Origin: an uncultured delta proteobacterium
Lineage (GTDB): Bacteria > Desulfobacterota > RBG-13-43-22
Direction: 5' to 3'
DNA: 64,000 nucleotides
Assembly: GCA_963821645.1 (NCBI GenBank)
Contig: CAWGEQ010000039.1
Span: 5,766 to 69,765, forward strand
Part shown: piece after piece, positions 40,276-51,058 of the stretch
Position numbering within the stretch: position 1 is the stretch's first letter
Layout of the letters: each line of letters opens with the position of its first letter
The notes under the pieces: model-generated
Seen by the model: only the letters and a program-made list of their open reading frames with translations
The model's database searches: none
Told to the model about the DNA's origin: nothing
Program-made: the position numbers and the translations under genes

Positions 40276-41379
40276 ATGCGATTTGCAAGCCGTTTTATTT
40301 TCGACCTCTTCATCTTTGCGCTGATTCTAATCGGGGGTTGGATCGGATACATGGTCATCGAAGGCTGGAATGGCCTCGACGCCCTCTATATGACGATCAC
40401 CACCATTACCACCGTAGGTTTTCAAGAAGTCCATCCTTTAAGCCAAAACGGAAGGATCTTTACCATGTTTTTGATCCTCTTCGGAGTGGGCTTTTTCCTT
40501 TATTTTCTGGGCAGTATAACCGGGATGGTCGTCCAGGGGACCTTAAAGGACATGTTCGGGAGGAGAAAGTTGGAAAAGCAAATCCTTCATCTAAACGGTC
40601 ACTATATCATTTGCGGGTATGGCCGCATCGGCAGAACCGTCACCCAACTGCTGCAAGAAAAACCCATCGAGGTGGTGGTCATCGAAAAAGACCCGGAGAC
40701 TATCCCCATTTTTCAAGAAAAAAATCTCCTCTACGTTATGGGGGAGGCCGCCTCGGAAGAGAATCTGCTCAAGGCCGGAATCGAAAAGGCCAGGGGTTTG
40801 GTGGCGGCCGCTTCCTCAGACGCCGACAATGTCTATATCACCTTGACAGCCAGAGGGTTAAACCCCGATTTATTCATTTTGGCCCGGGCCGCCGAAGAAT
40901 CTTCGATTAAAAAATTGACCCGGGCCGGGGCCGACAAGGTCATCTCCCCTTATGATATCGGGGCCCGCAGAATGGCCAACACCATTCTGCGGCCCACCGT
41001 CATTGACTTTATCGAACTGGCCGTACACAATCGCAATCTGGATTTACAGATGGAGGAATTGCTCGTGGGAAGGGATTCCGAAATCAAGGAGTCCACCTTA
41101 ATGGAATCGGCTATACGAAGAGATTATGATCTGATCGTGGTGGCCATCAAGAAAAAATCCGGTGAAATGATCTTTAATCCATCATCTCAGGCCAAGATCC
41201 AGGAAGGAGATGTTTTAGTGGCCATGGGAGATCGGAAAAATCTGAATCGGTTGGAAAAAAAATTAGGGATTAAGGCGCTAATCCTAAAAAACAAGTTCGG
41301 AGTTTGTAATGAGTCGGAGAGAAGCCCTGACAAAAGCCTGAAAACTCCAACTCCCCACCCCGAACTAATTTTATCTTAG
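40276..41379 (+). CDS. 2-TM pore / RCK (TrkA-N, TrkA-C) potassium-channel-like protein
   Basis: Two TM helices, pore loop TTITTVGFQEV, Rossmann ICGYGRIGR, C-terminal TrkA-C (DVLVAMGD). Confidence 0.8.
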   Translation: MRFASRFIFDLFIFALILIGGWIGYMVIEGWNGLDALYMTITTITTVGFQEVHPLSQNGRIFTMFLILFGVGFFLYFLGSITGMVVQGTLKDMFGRRKLEKQILHLNGHYIICGYGRIGRTVTQLLQEKPIEVVVIEKDPETIPIFQEKNLLYVMGEAASEENLLKAGIEKARGLVAAASSDADNVYITLTARGLNPDLFILARAAEESSIKKLTRAGADKVISPYDIGARRMANTILRPTVIDFIELAVHNRNLDLQMEELLVGRDSEIKESTLMESAIRRDYDLIVVAIKKKSGEMIFNPSSQAKIQEGDVLVAMGDRKNLNRLEKKLGIKALILKNKFGVCNESERSPDKSLKTPTPHPELILS

Positions 41380-42236
41380 GCCGTGCCGTAACTGTGAAGT
41401 CCGGATAAAATAAAATTGACCCCGAAGTAGGTAAAGAGGACACAGGCAAACCCGATGATCGAGAGCCAGGCGACCCGGCTTCCATGCCAGCCCTTCATCA
41501 TCCGGGCATGCAAAAAAGCGGCATAGAGCAGCCAGGTGATCAGGGACCAGGTTTCTTTGGGGTCCCAACTCCAATAGGTTCCCCAGGCCGAATGGGCCCA
41601 GACCGAACCGGTCGCGATCCCCAGGGTCAGCAACAAGAAGCCGATGATAATCGTTTGGTAAATCAAATCATCCAGCACCGAAATCCCGGGGAAATAGGAT
41701 AAAAGTCCGCCGTTTTCTTTTTTCTTTTCATTCAGCGGTTTCTTGAGCAGATACATGATGCTCAGACTGCAGGAGACAGCAAAGGCGGCATATCCCAGGA
41801 AGCAGGTGATCACATGGGCGATCAGCCAGTTACTTTGAAGGGCCGGTAAGAGAGGCTGGATCCGGTCATTCATGTTAGGGGAAAAAGAGGCATAGGCCAT
41901 GGAAAGAAAGGCAAAGGGGGTAGCAAAAACTCCGATCGTTCTGGATTTCGTCTTCCATTCGATCCAGATGTAAATCAGGGCGATAGTCCAGGCGAAAAAA
42001 ATCAAGGACTCATAAAGATTGGAAAGCGGGGCATGGCCGATCCCCATTTGATAAGATTCAATCCAGCGCAGGATAATGGCCCCGGTTTGGACTAAAAAAA
42101 CGGCCCGGATGATCCAGGAGGCTAATCGGCCGATCCCCTCTTTTTTGAGCACCAGGGAAATCAAATAGAAAAAGGCTGAAAAAAAATAGCCAAAGGTTAC
42201 CAGGCCAAGTAAAAAAGAACTGTTCATCTCAACCAC
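41376..42236 (-). CDS. ccsA: cytochrome c biogenesis protein CcsA/ResC (System II)
   Basis: WGTYWSWDPKETWSLITWL (WWD motif), polytopic. Confidence 0.85.
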   Translation of the reverse strand: MVEMNSSFLLGLVTFGYFFSAFFYLISLVLKKEGIGRLASWIIRAVFLVQTGAIILRWIESYQMGIGHAPLSNLYESLIFFAWTIALIYIWIEWKTKSRTIGVFATPFAFLSMAYASFSPNMNDRIQPLLPALQSNWLIAHVITCFLGYAAFAVSCSLSIMYLLKKPLNEKKKENGGLLSYFPGISVLDDLIYQTIIIGFLLLTLGIATGSVWAHSAWGTYWSWDPKETWSLITWLLYAAFLHARMMKGWHGSRVAWLSIIGFACVLFTYFGVNFILSGLHSYGTA

Positions 42237-43590
42237 TCCGAAGCTTCTCGGTTAATTGTTCCATCTTGTGTACAAAGGCCCCCCGGTTTTTGTGAGCGGT
42301 CCCGCCTACCTGGATCTCCGTCCTCAATCTCCCTTTAGAATCTTTCTTTTCCCGGACCCAAATCCAGATCTGTCGATGGGAAATATAAAAGGCAATGATA
42401 AATCCGATCAGCATCAAAGAAGACCCGACCCAGATAAACCAGACACCCGGATCGCGATTGACCTGCAGACCGGACAGGTATTGGAGCTTGACTTCATTGA
42501 TCCTGAGACGATATTCGCCCAACTGGTTGCCGTGAAATTCAGGATGATTGGCCAGGATCCAGGTATGATCGACTTCTTCCCCATCTTTAAGAAGGACCAC
42601 CCCCAAGGCCGGCCCCATATTGGACAGGTCGTTTACATACCGGACCGCCATCAACGAAAAGGGGCTATCGGACAGAGGAACCTTCTGGTCCATCTTGAGC
42701 CATAACTCCGATTCCTGGTCCCCTTTTTTTAAAGACAGCCTTATGGACGAGGGAAACTGATCCCAGGACGATTGGTAAAAAGTGATGCCCTTATAAGTAA
42801 AAGGGTCATTGACCCTGATCACCGTCTTCTCTTTTTCTTGGCCCTGTTCCCAGACACTCAGATCGGACCGATATTCTTTGGGCATCCCGTTGGGGTAAAA
42901 GGCCATATTAAATTTATCCAACTTGACGGAGAAATCCAGTCTTTTTACGGATTGAGGGCCTTTGATGGAAATCTGGTCTCGGCTCTCCCCTTCCCTAAGC
43001 TCCAAGAATCCCTTGAAGCCGTAAAGGGATCCTATTACGGTCCCTAAAAAAATAATTAACAGGCTGAGATGTACCAAATAAACCCCCAGCCGGCTGAATC
43101 GACCCCTTTCCAGATAAAAGGCCGTTCCCTGGGATGAGGGAAGGGAAACCGGACTGCCGAAATGCCTGCCTAACAGGGATCGGGTCCAGGCCAGGGAATC
43201 AATGGGGTGTTCTTTAAAGGAAAATTTTTGATTAAAAGGAAGGGAGGTGAACAAGGTATCGGAAACAACCCGAGGAGGGGCCTTGATCACTCTCCAGGTA
43301 GTAGAAAAACGTTTAAGGGAACAAACAATTAGATTAAGGGTTAAGAGAAACAAGAGCCACAGGAACCACCAGGAATGGTACATATCATAAAGTTGAAAAA
43401 ATTGGATCAGTTTGCCGGCCAGAGGACTGGTGCCCTCTGTAACCATCTCCAGAGGTTGACCCTGAGGCAGAACAGTCCCCAGGATAGAGGTGACGGCCAA
43501 GGTGATCAGGAGAACCAGGGCCAGCTTAACCGAAGCAAAAAAATCAATTATTTTAGATAAAATTCCTTTGGGAGCTTTCTCCGGGGGCAT
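42229..43590 (-). CDS. cytochrome c biogenesis protein ResB/Ccs1
   Basis: 453 aa. N-terminal ASVKLALVLL..., large periplasmic domain. Overlaps ccsA by 8 nt. Confidence 0.8.
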   Translation of the reverse strand: MPPEKAPKGILSKIIDFFASVKLALVLLITLAVTSILGTVLPQGQPLEMVTEGTSPLAGKLIQFFQLYDMYHSWWFLWLLFLLTLNLIVCSLKRFSTTWRVIKAPPRVVSDTLFTSLPFNQKFSFKEHPIDSLAWTRSLLGRHFGSPVSLPSSQGTAFYLERGRFSRLGVYLVHLSLLIIFLGTVIGSLYGFKGFLELREGESRDQISIKGPQSVKRLDFSVKLDKFNMAFYPNGMPKEYRSDLSVWEQGQEKEKTVIRVNDPFTYKGITFYQSSWDQFPSSIRLSLKKGDQESELWLKMDQKVPLSDSPFSLMAVRYVNDLSNMGPALGVVLLKDGEEVDHTWILANHPEFHGNQLGEYRLRINEVKLQYLSGLQVNRDPGVWFIWVGSSLMLIGFIIAFYISHRQIWIWVREKKDSKGRLRTEIQVGGTAHKNRGAFVHKMEQLTEKLRSG

Positions 43591-43715
43591 CCTTATTATT
43601 TCCAGTCAGTCAACTCGAATTTTTTCTTAAAATAATACCTTGATTAAAAAAGTCAATAAATCTATCATAAATTTCCGGTATCGACAAGAACATTTACTCT
43701 GGGAGGAATGAGGTC

Positions 43716-45002
43716 ATGTTGGACCTAAAACTGATTCGGGAACGGTTGGCCTGGGTCAAGGATCGGCTGTCCCTGCGCGGCCAGGATTTGCCCTGGGAAA
43801 CCTTTGAGTCTTTAGATAAGGAACGCCGGGAGATCCTCCAAGAGACAGAGTCCTTAAAGCACCGTCGCAATGTGGTTTCCGAGCAGATCGGCAGGAAGAA
43901 ACAGGAAAAACAAGAGGCCCGGGAAGCCATTGAGGAAATGCGTCAAGTTTCAAAAAGGATCAAGGAATTTGATGATGCCTTAACCCTGATTGAAGAGAAA
44001 TTCTCGGCCATACTGCTTACCTTGCCCAATATTCCTCATGAATCGGTTCCCGTCGGTTATTCCAGCGATGACAACCCGGTCGTTCGCACCTGGGGCGACA
44101 AACCGATTTTTTCTTTCTCCCCCCGGCCCCACTGGGAGATCGGAGAAGCCTTGGATATCCTCGACTTCGAAAGGGCCACCCGGATGACCGGGGCCCGTTT
44201 TGTAGTTTATAAAGGGCCGGGGGCCAGACTGGAACGGGCCCTGATCAATTTTATGCTCGACCTGCACACCAAAACCCATGGATACACCGAAATCCTCCCC
44301 CCTTTCATGGTCAACAGCCAAAGCATGACCGGCACCGGTCAATTGCCCAAATTTAGGGATGAGCTGTTTAAATTGGAAGGATGGGATTATTATTTGATCC
44401 CCACGGCCGAAGTGCCGGTGACCAACCTCTTTCAGCAGGAAACCCTTTCCGCCCAGGAACTGCCCAAATATTTTGTGGCCTGTACCCCTTGCTTTCGATC
44501 CGAAGCCGGTTCTTACGGCAAAGATACCCGTGGCCTTATACGCCAGCATCAGTTCAACAAAGTGGAGTTGGTGAAATTCAGTCTCCCTGAAGATTCTTAC
44601 GCCGAGCTGGAAGCTTTGCTGGGAAACGCCGAAGAGGTCCTTAAACGGTTGCAGTTGCCCTATCAGGTGGTCAGCCTTTGTACCGGCGATCTGGGGTTTT
44701 CTTCGGCCAAGACCTATGATATCGAAGTATGGCTCCCCGGACAAAATCTATACCGGGAAATATCTTCCTGCAGCAATTTTGAAGATTTTCAGGCTCGCCG
44801 GGCCAATATCCGTTTTCGTCGGGAAGGCAGGTCCAAGACCGAGCTGGTCCACACCTTGAATGGCTCCGGCTTGGCTGTGGGCCGAACCCTGGTAGCCCTC
44901 TTAGAAAACTACCAGCAAGCCGACGGCAGCATCCTGATCCCGCCGGCCTTGCAGCCTTACATGGACGGCATCGAGCGGATAACCAAAAGGTGCAAGGTAT
45001 AA
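43716..45002 (+). CDS. serS: seryl-tRNA synthetase
   Basis: 428 aa. N-terminal coiled coil, class II motifs ([16 protein letters not shown]). Confidence 0.95.
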   Translation: MLDLKLIRERLAWVKDRLSLRGQDLPWETFESLDKERREILQETESLKHRRNVVSEQIGRKKQEKQEAREAIEEMRQVSKRIKEFDDALTLIEEKFSAILLTLPNIPHESVPVGYSSDDNPVVRTWGDKPIFSFSPRPHWEIGEALDILDFERATRMTGARFVVYKGPGARLERALINFMLDLHTKTHGYTEILPPFMVNSQSMTGTGQLPKFRDELFKLEGWDYYLIPTAEVPVTNLFQQETLSAQELPKYFVACTPCFRSEAGSYGKDTRGLIRQHQFNKVELVKFSLPEDSYAELEALLGNAEEVLKRLQLPYQVVSLCTGDLGFSSAKTYDIEVWLPGQNLYREISSCSNFEDFQARRANIRFRREGRSKTELVHTLNGSGLAVGRTLVALLENYQQADGSILIPPALQPYMDGIERITKRCKV

Positions 45003-45091
45003 GGTATAAGGTTCAAGATACAAGAAAAAATTTAAAAACCTTACGACCTTGGCATCAACCCGTGAACCTTATACCTTGGACCGTGGACCTT
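44987..45091. repeat. inverted heptamer array between convergent serS and queD
   Basis: aaggtgcaaggtataaggtataaggttcaag ... aaccttacgaccttgg..gtgaaccttataccttggaccgtggacctt. The last 5 serS codons lie in the left arm. Confidence 0.75.
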
Positions 45092-45098
45092 TTTCTTC

Positions 45099-45470
45099 TT
45101 ATTCCTCAAGATAGGTGGCACAGGACGTATCGGATTCCCAAACCGAGACCTTGCTCACCTTGGCCCTTTCATCGTTTAGAAGACGGCTCAATTGCCGAAA
45201 GAGATAGCGGGCGATATGTTCCGAGGAAGGGTTTTCTTCTTGAAAAGGAGTGAGTTCGTTTAAATAATGATGGTCCAGCCCATTTAAAATTTCCTGGGTC
45301 GTTGTTTTAATTTCTCCAAAATCCCGTACCAGTCCTGCGGAATCCAGTTGATCGGCCAGGACAAAAACCTCCACCTTCCAGTTGTGCCCGTGGAGTTGTT
45401 CGCATTTCCCCTGAAAATTCCTCAACCGATGGGCAGCGGCAAATTGGGTGATGATCTTTAATTCGAACAT
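45099..45470 (-). CDS. queD: 6-carboxy-5,6,7,8-tetrahydropterin synthase
   Basis: 123 aa. FAAAHRL...CEQLHGHNWKVEV. Confidence 0.9.
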   Translation of the reverse strand: MFELKIITQFAAAHRLRNFQGKCEQLHGHNWKVEVFVLADQLDSAGLVRDFGEIKTTTQEILNGLDHHYLNELTPFQEENPSSEHIARYLFRQLSRLLNDERAKVSKVSVWESDTSCATYLEE

Positions 45471-45598
45471 TTCTAATTTTCCCCTAATGAAAGACGGATA
45501 TCAACCCGGAGGGTTTCAGGCAGTATAAAATTTCTCCCCTCATTTGTAGTGCCCGGTTTTTAAACCGGCCCCTGCAGGGATCGAGTTTTACGAATCCA

Positions 45599-45904
45599 TC
45601 AACTTGAAGTCTTTAACATTTTTAAACGGTTCTGGTACTTCTGGATTAATCCCTGTAAGTCCGACTGCAGACCGGCCAGACCCTGGTGTCTTTTCCCCAA
45701 GATGCGCTCCAATTCCGTCAGCCCATATTGGACCACCTCGATCTCTTTTTTCCGAAGCTCTTCCTGAACCCGTTGATTGATTTGTTTAATGAGTTCCAGA
45801 TCCATGATCGTCCGAAGTTCCCTTCTCCATAAAATGAATTGGGCTTTAAAATAACTATGAAAGAATCTCTTCACAATGTCAAGGAATGGATTCGGTTGAC
45901 TCAA
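45599..45904 (-). CDS. hypothetical small coiled-coil protein
   Basis: 101-aa ORF. No family recognised. Start may be the internal MDLELIKQ. Confidence 0.35.
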   Translation of the reverse strand: MSQPNPFLDIVKRFFHSYFKAQFILWRRELRTIMDLELIKQINQRVQEELRKKEIEVVQYGLTELERILGKRHQGLAGLQSDLQGLIQKYQNRLKMLKTSS

Positions 45905-45930
45905 TACAGGGTTGACAGAATCGAAATGGC

Positions 45931-47673
45931 ATGGTATTTTTCGACATTATGAAAACAAATAACCGGTTCACCCCAATTTTCACCCGCACCATGTGGTTAT
46001 GTCTGTCGGGGATTTTCCTTATCCTTTTTTCCTTTCTCTGTCTGCCCTCCTGGGCCGCAGAGACAAAACGACTGGCCATTCTTCCCTTAAGCCTGAATGC
46101 TCCCGAAAAGATGGCCTATTTACGCGAAGGAGTTGAGGATATGCTTTCCTCACGATTGGCCTGGGAGGGAAAGGTCTTGGTCTTGAACCGTTCCCAGGTG
46201 CAGCAGGGTACGGAAAAAATTTCCGGCCCCTTCGACGAATCCCTTGCCCTGCGGATAGGAAAACAATTGGGAGTGCAGGTCGTTCTTTGGGGAAGCATCA
46301 ATGTCATCGGCACCAATGTTAGTTTGGATTTTAGCGTCTTAGATTTTTCCGAAAATCAACCCGTGAAAAAATTTTATAGCCAGGCCAAGGGAATGGATGA
46401 AGTCATCCTTCGGGTCACCGAAATTTCAGATGAGATCAATGAAAAAGTCTTTGGCCGCCCGAAAACGGCCTTGGCTTCCCCGGCTGCAGGAGAAACCTCA
46501 CAACCTAAAAATCCGGAGGCTTCGCCAGGACAGTCTGTTCCCGGAAAGGCCCCGGCCCCGCTATCGCTCAAAAACTTTATCATTAATCCCCTTTCACCCC
46601 AGATCATTATGAATGCCGGAGGGTTTGACGTGACCGGGGTCTGGCGCAGTACGGTCCTTCCTTTTGCCATTGTCGATATGGCCTTTGGGGATTTGGACGG
46701 CGACGGCAAGATAGAAACGGTCCTGATCAGCAAAAATAAAATCACTATCTGCCGTTTTGTCCAGGACCGCTTTGAGATCATCAAAGAAATTCCAGGAGAT
46801 CGCTGGGACAATTATGTCGCCGTTGATGTGGGAGATATCAACGGAACCGGCCGACCCCAAATTTTCGTGACCAATTACCGCAGAGATGGTTTGAGGTCCA
46901 AGGCCCTCTCCTGGGAACAGGGAGAGTACAAGACGATCGCCAAGGATATCCCCTATCACCTTCGAATCCATCATATCCCCAGGAGGGGGGCTGTGCTTTT
47001 AGGCCAGAAACAGATTATCAATAATCCCTTTGGCTCGGGGATACATATTTTGTCCTGGAAAGACGGAAAGTATGTTCCCGTTGAAACATTAAAGCTCCCG
47101 GATGACTTTACCGTATTTAATTTTATTTTCTTGGATTTAAATACCGATGGCTCTCAGCAGTACCTGTATTTGAACTCCTATAACCGACTCATGGTCCTGA
47201 CCGAAAAAGGCAAGGTCGAATATTCCAGCAGCGAATCCTACGGGGGATCCACCAACCTGATATTGACGGGGGAAGGTGATTCTGACTCCTATTCGTCACC
47301 AAACAGGACCAACGAGAAAAACACTTTCTATATCCCGGCTCGCATGGTGGTCACTTCAGTCTTGAATCGGGGGAAAAAGGAGATCATCATCAACAAAAAC
47401 AAGGGCTCCTTTGCCAACTTCCTGGAACGCTACAAGTCCTATACCAGCGGAGAAATATTTTCTCTTTCCTGGGACGGGGCGGTCATGAAGGAAAACTGGC
47501 GTACCCAGATCATAAACGACTACGTAGCCAATTACGGCGTGGCTGATTTTAAGAATAACGGACAACAGCAGTTGGTGGTTGGGGTGGTTCAATCGACCGG
47601 ACTCCCCTTGGTCTCCAATGCCCGCAGTGTCTTGTATTGTTATGACCTGGGTACGATTACCGGGCAAAAATAG
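45931..47673 (+). CDS. secreted FG-GAP/VCBS-repeat protein
   Basis: Signal peptide (LCLPSWAAE). DLDGDGKIE, DVGDINGTGRPQ, LDLNTDGSQQ repeats. Confidence 0.7.
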   Translation: MVFFDIMKTNNRFTPIFTRTMWLCLSGIFLILFSFLCLPSWAAETKRLAILPLSLNAPEKMAYLREGVEDMLSSRLAWEGKVLVLNRSQVQQGTEKISGPFDESLALRIGKQLGVQVVLWGSINVIGTNVSLDFSVLDFSENQPVKKFYSQAKGMDEVILRVTEISDEINEKVFGRPKTALASPAAGETSQPKNPEASPGQSVPGKAPAPLSLKNFIINPLSPQIIMNAGGFDVTGVWRSTVLPFAIVDMAFGDLDGDGKIETVLISKNKITICRFVQDRFEIIKEIPGDRWDNYVAVDVGDINGTGRPQIFVTNYRRDGLRSKALSWEQGEYKTIAKDIPYHLRIHHIPRRGAVLLGQKQIINNPFGSGIHILSWKDGKYVPVETLKLPDDFTVFNFIFLDLNTDGSQQYLYLNSYNRLMVLTEKGKVEYSSSESYGGSTNLILTGEGDSDSYSSPNRTNEKNTFYIPARMVVTSVLNRGKKEIIINKNKGSFANFLERYKSYTSGEIFSLSWDGAVMKENWRTQIINDYVANYGVADFKNNGQQQLVVGVVQSTGLPLVSNARSVLYCYDLGTITGQK

Positions 47674-47682
47674 GTTCTTTAC

Positions 47683-47759
47683 GGCGGTGTAGCTCAGGTG
47701 GTCAGAGCATGCGGCTCATATCCGCAGTGTCCGGGGTTCAACTCCCTGCACCGCCACCA
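47683..47759 (+). tRNA. tRNA with CAT anticodon (elongator Met, or Ile2 if lysidine-modified)
   Basis: Cloverleaf: acceptor ggcggtg/caccgcc, D arm gctc..gagc, anticodon arm tgcgg-ctCATat-ccgca, T arm cgggg-ttcaact-ccctg, encoded CCA. G1-C72, so not an initiator. Confidence 0.9.
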
Positions 47760-47882
47760 TTTAACAGTCCGACACAATCCCAAGAAGTACAAAACCCGTT
47801 AGAAATAACGGGTTTTGTATTGCCTGAGATGATTGCCGACAGATTCCTTCACCAGGTTCCCCAGTACCCAATCCATCCAATT

Positions 47883-47916
47883 AAAAAAAAGCCCCCGAAA
47901 ATAAGGGGGCTTTTTT
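47883..47916. terminator. bidirectional rho-independent terminator (groEL / tRNA side)
   Basis: A8 - gccccc gaaaataa gggggc - T6. Confidence 0.7.
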
Positions 47917-47940
47917 GCTTACCATAAAAAGGTTGACGAT

Positions 47941-49587
<1,647 letters not shown>

Positions 49588-49599
49588 TTACTTCCTCCT

Positions 49600-49887
49600 T
49601 TATTCTATTACGCCTAAGATATCATCTTCTCGCATCATTAGATACTCTTCGCCTTCGATTTTGATCTCGGTCCCGGAATACTTTCCAAAGAGGATCTTGT
49701 TGCCCACCTTGACGTCCAGGGCAAGCTTGGTCCCGTTCTCCAAAATCTTCCCGGTTCCAACGGCAATGACTTTGCCTTCCTGGGGTTTTTCCTTGGCGGT
49801 ATCCGGGATAATAATCCCTCCTTTGGTCTTTTCTTCTTCCTCAAGTCTCTGTACAATGACTCGATCATGTAATGGCCTAATTTTCAT
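49600..49887 (-). CDS. groS: co-chaperonin GroES
   Basis: [41 protein letters not shown] aaggag. Confidence 0.95.
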   Translation of the reverse strand: MKIRPLHDRVIVQRLEEEEKTKGGIIIPDTAKEKPQEGKVIAVGTGKILENGTKLALDVKVGNKILFGKYSGTEIKIEGEEYLMMREDDILGVIE

Positions 49888-49924
49888 AGGTTTACGCTCC
49901 TTCTTTAAAGAAATTATTGGATTT

Positions 49925-49951
49925 TTAGCACTCAATGTAGTTGAGTGCTAC
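49925..49951. promoter_or_regulatory. CIRCE operator (HrcA binding site) upstream of groES
   Basis: ttagcactc-aatgtagtt-gagtgctac, versus consensus TTAGCACTC-N9-GAGTGCTAA. Confidence 0.85.
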
Positions 49952-50252
49952 TTTTTAATATAAGCTTAAAATTTTAAAATTCAAGTAAAAAATTCAAACA
50001 TTTGAAATATCCCCCTTTAGAATCCAATTAAGCCATCTCATGGTATCCTCCCCCCTCCCTTTTGAGGGTTTCACCTGTTTCGGGTACACGGGATATAAGA
50101 ATGCCCGGTTTGGCCTATGGTGTATTATCGAAAGGCCGAGCAAGAGGCATGGATCGACCGAGATGGAAAGGCTCGGTTCTTCACCACGTCCGGTTCCTCC
50201 ACACAAAGGTACAAGCTGGTGGTGAGGGATCACGAGTGGCACCTTTCGAGGA

Positions 50253-50576
50253 ATGGGGTCACTACAGGTAATGCAGACGGTGGCAGATTGGGTGTTTCCC
50301 TTCAAGTCCCGCGTCAACGATACCCTCGAATTGCTGTTTGAGCAGCGCGGAAAGGTCTTTCTGGTGTATAAAGCGGGGAGCAGAGAGGAAGAGATTAAAC
50401 GCATCAATGGGGAGTGGTGTTACGACGTGACCGCCCACTGGCAGGATTTTGACACTGTGTGGGATGATCTCATGGAACCTGAGAAAAAGAATCCATCAGC
50501 AGCAGAAAAGTTAATACTCAAATTCATGAAGGGACGGAGGCCGTATTGGTGGCGGGTATTATACAACACTCCCTGA
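50253..50576 (+). CDS. hypothetical protein
   Basis: 107-aa ORF (…VADWVFPFKSRVNDTLELLFEQRGKVFLVYKAG…). Overlaps protein-like ORF 50117..50341 in another frame. No family recognised. Confidence 0.3.
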   Translation: MGSLQVMQTVADWVFPFKSRVNDTLELLFEQRGKVFLVYKAGSREEEIKRINGEWCYDVTAHWQDFDTVWDDLMEPEKKNPSAAEKLILKFMKGRRPYWWRVLYNTP

Positions 50577-51023
50577 CGACTCATTTCTCCAGCGAGGCAA
50601 AAGGGTCAGAACCGAACTATAGTGACCCCCCTTGGATCAAATTGGTGTTGCATTAATTGCTGCTCTTGGGCTAATATGATTCACTGTTGGAATGGTTCTT
50701 TTTCACGGCAGCCAATGTTTTTTGGGGTATTTTGGCGGGTATGACTAAAGCGGCTACTTGATAAACAGCCGTTATTTAATCTGTCATGCAATCAGTTCAA
50801 TGGACTGCACCCCCATTAATCAAAAGACATTGACGGACGTTATCGCTGATCATAAAATATTTATAAACCGAGTTTAGACCATGAAATAGTAAGAACCATG
50901 ACCCGTTTTCTTTATTATTTTTATATTTTCATTTGGGCGGCTGCCTGGATCAATAAGGAATAAACCTTTAAATCCAATTGACCAAAGGCAGTCGCCGCAG
51001 GTGCTGCCCATGGTTATCCTAAA

Positions 51024-51056
51024 AGCCCTGGGCTTTTGAACCAGGGCTTTTTTTTT
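51024..51056 (+). terminator. strong rho-independent terminator with no annotated upstream gene
   Basis: agccctgg-gcttttgaa-ccagggct followed by T8. Ends 2 nt before ATG 51059. Confidence 0.6.
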
Positions 51057-51058
51057 GA

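Noticed and set aside
41270-41702. Short ORFs overlapping the K+ channel 3' end and ccsA
   Set aside because: They lie in alternative frames or antisense to well-supported genes.
43980-44744. 254-aa minus-strand ORF
   Set aside because: It is antisense to serS.
45471-45598. preQ1 riboswitch upstream of queD
   Set aside because: I could see no match to the preQ1-I/II consensus. Only generic hairpins are present.
47760-47940. tRNA-Met 3' flank as an integration site of a genomic island
   Set aside because: Only ~180 nt with two terminator hairpins separate the tRNA from groEL. There is no integrase and no direct repeat of the tRNA 3' end.
49994-50407. 137-aa minus-strand ORF next to groES
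   Set aside because: It has no motifs and overlaps more protein-like + strand frames.
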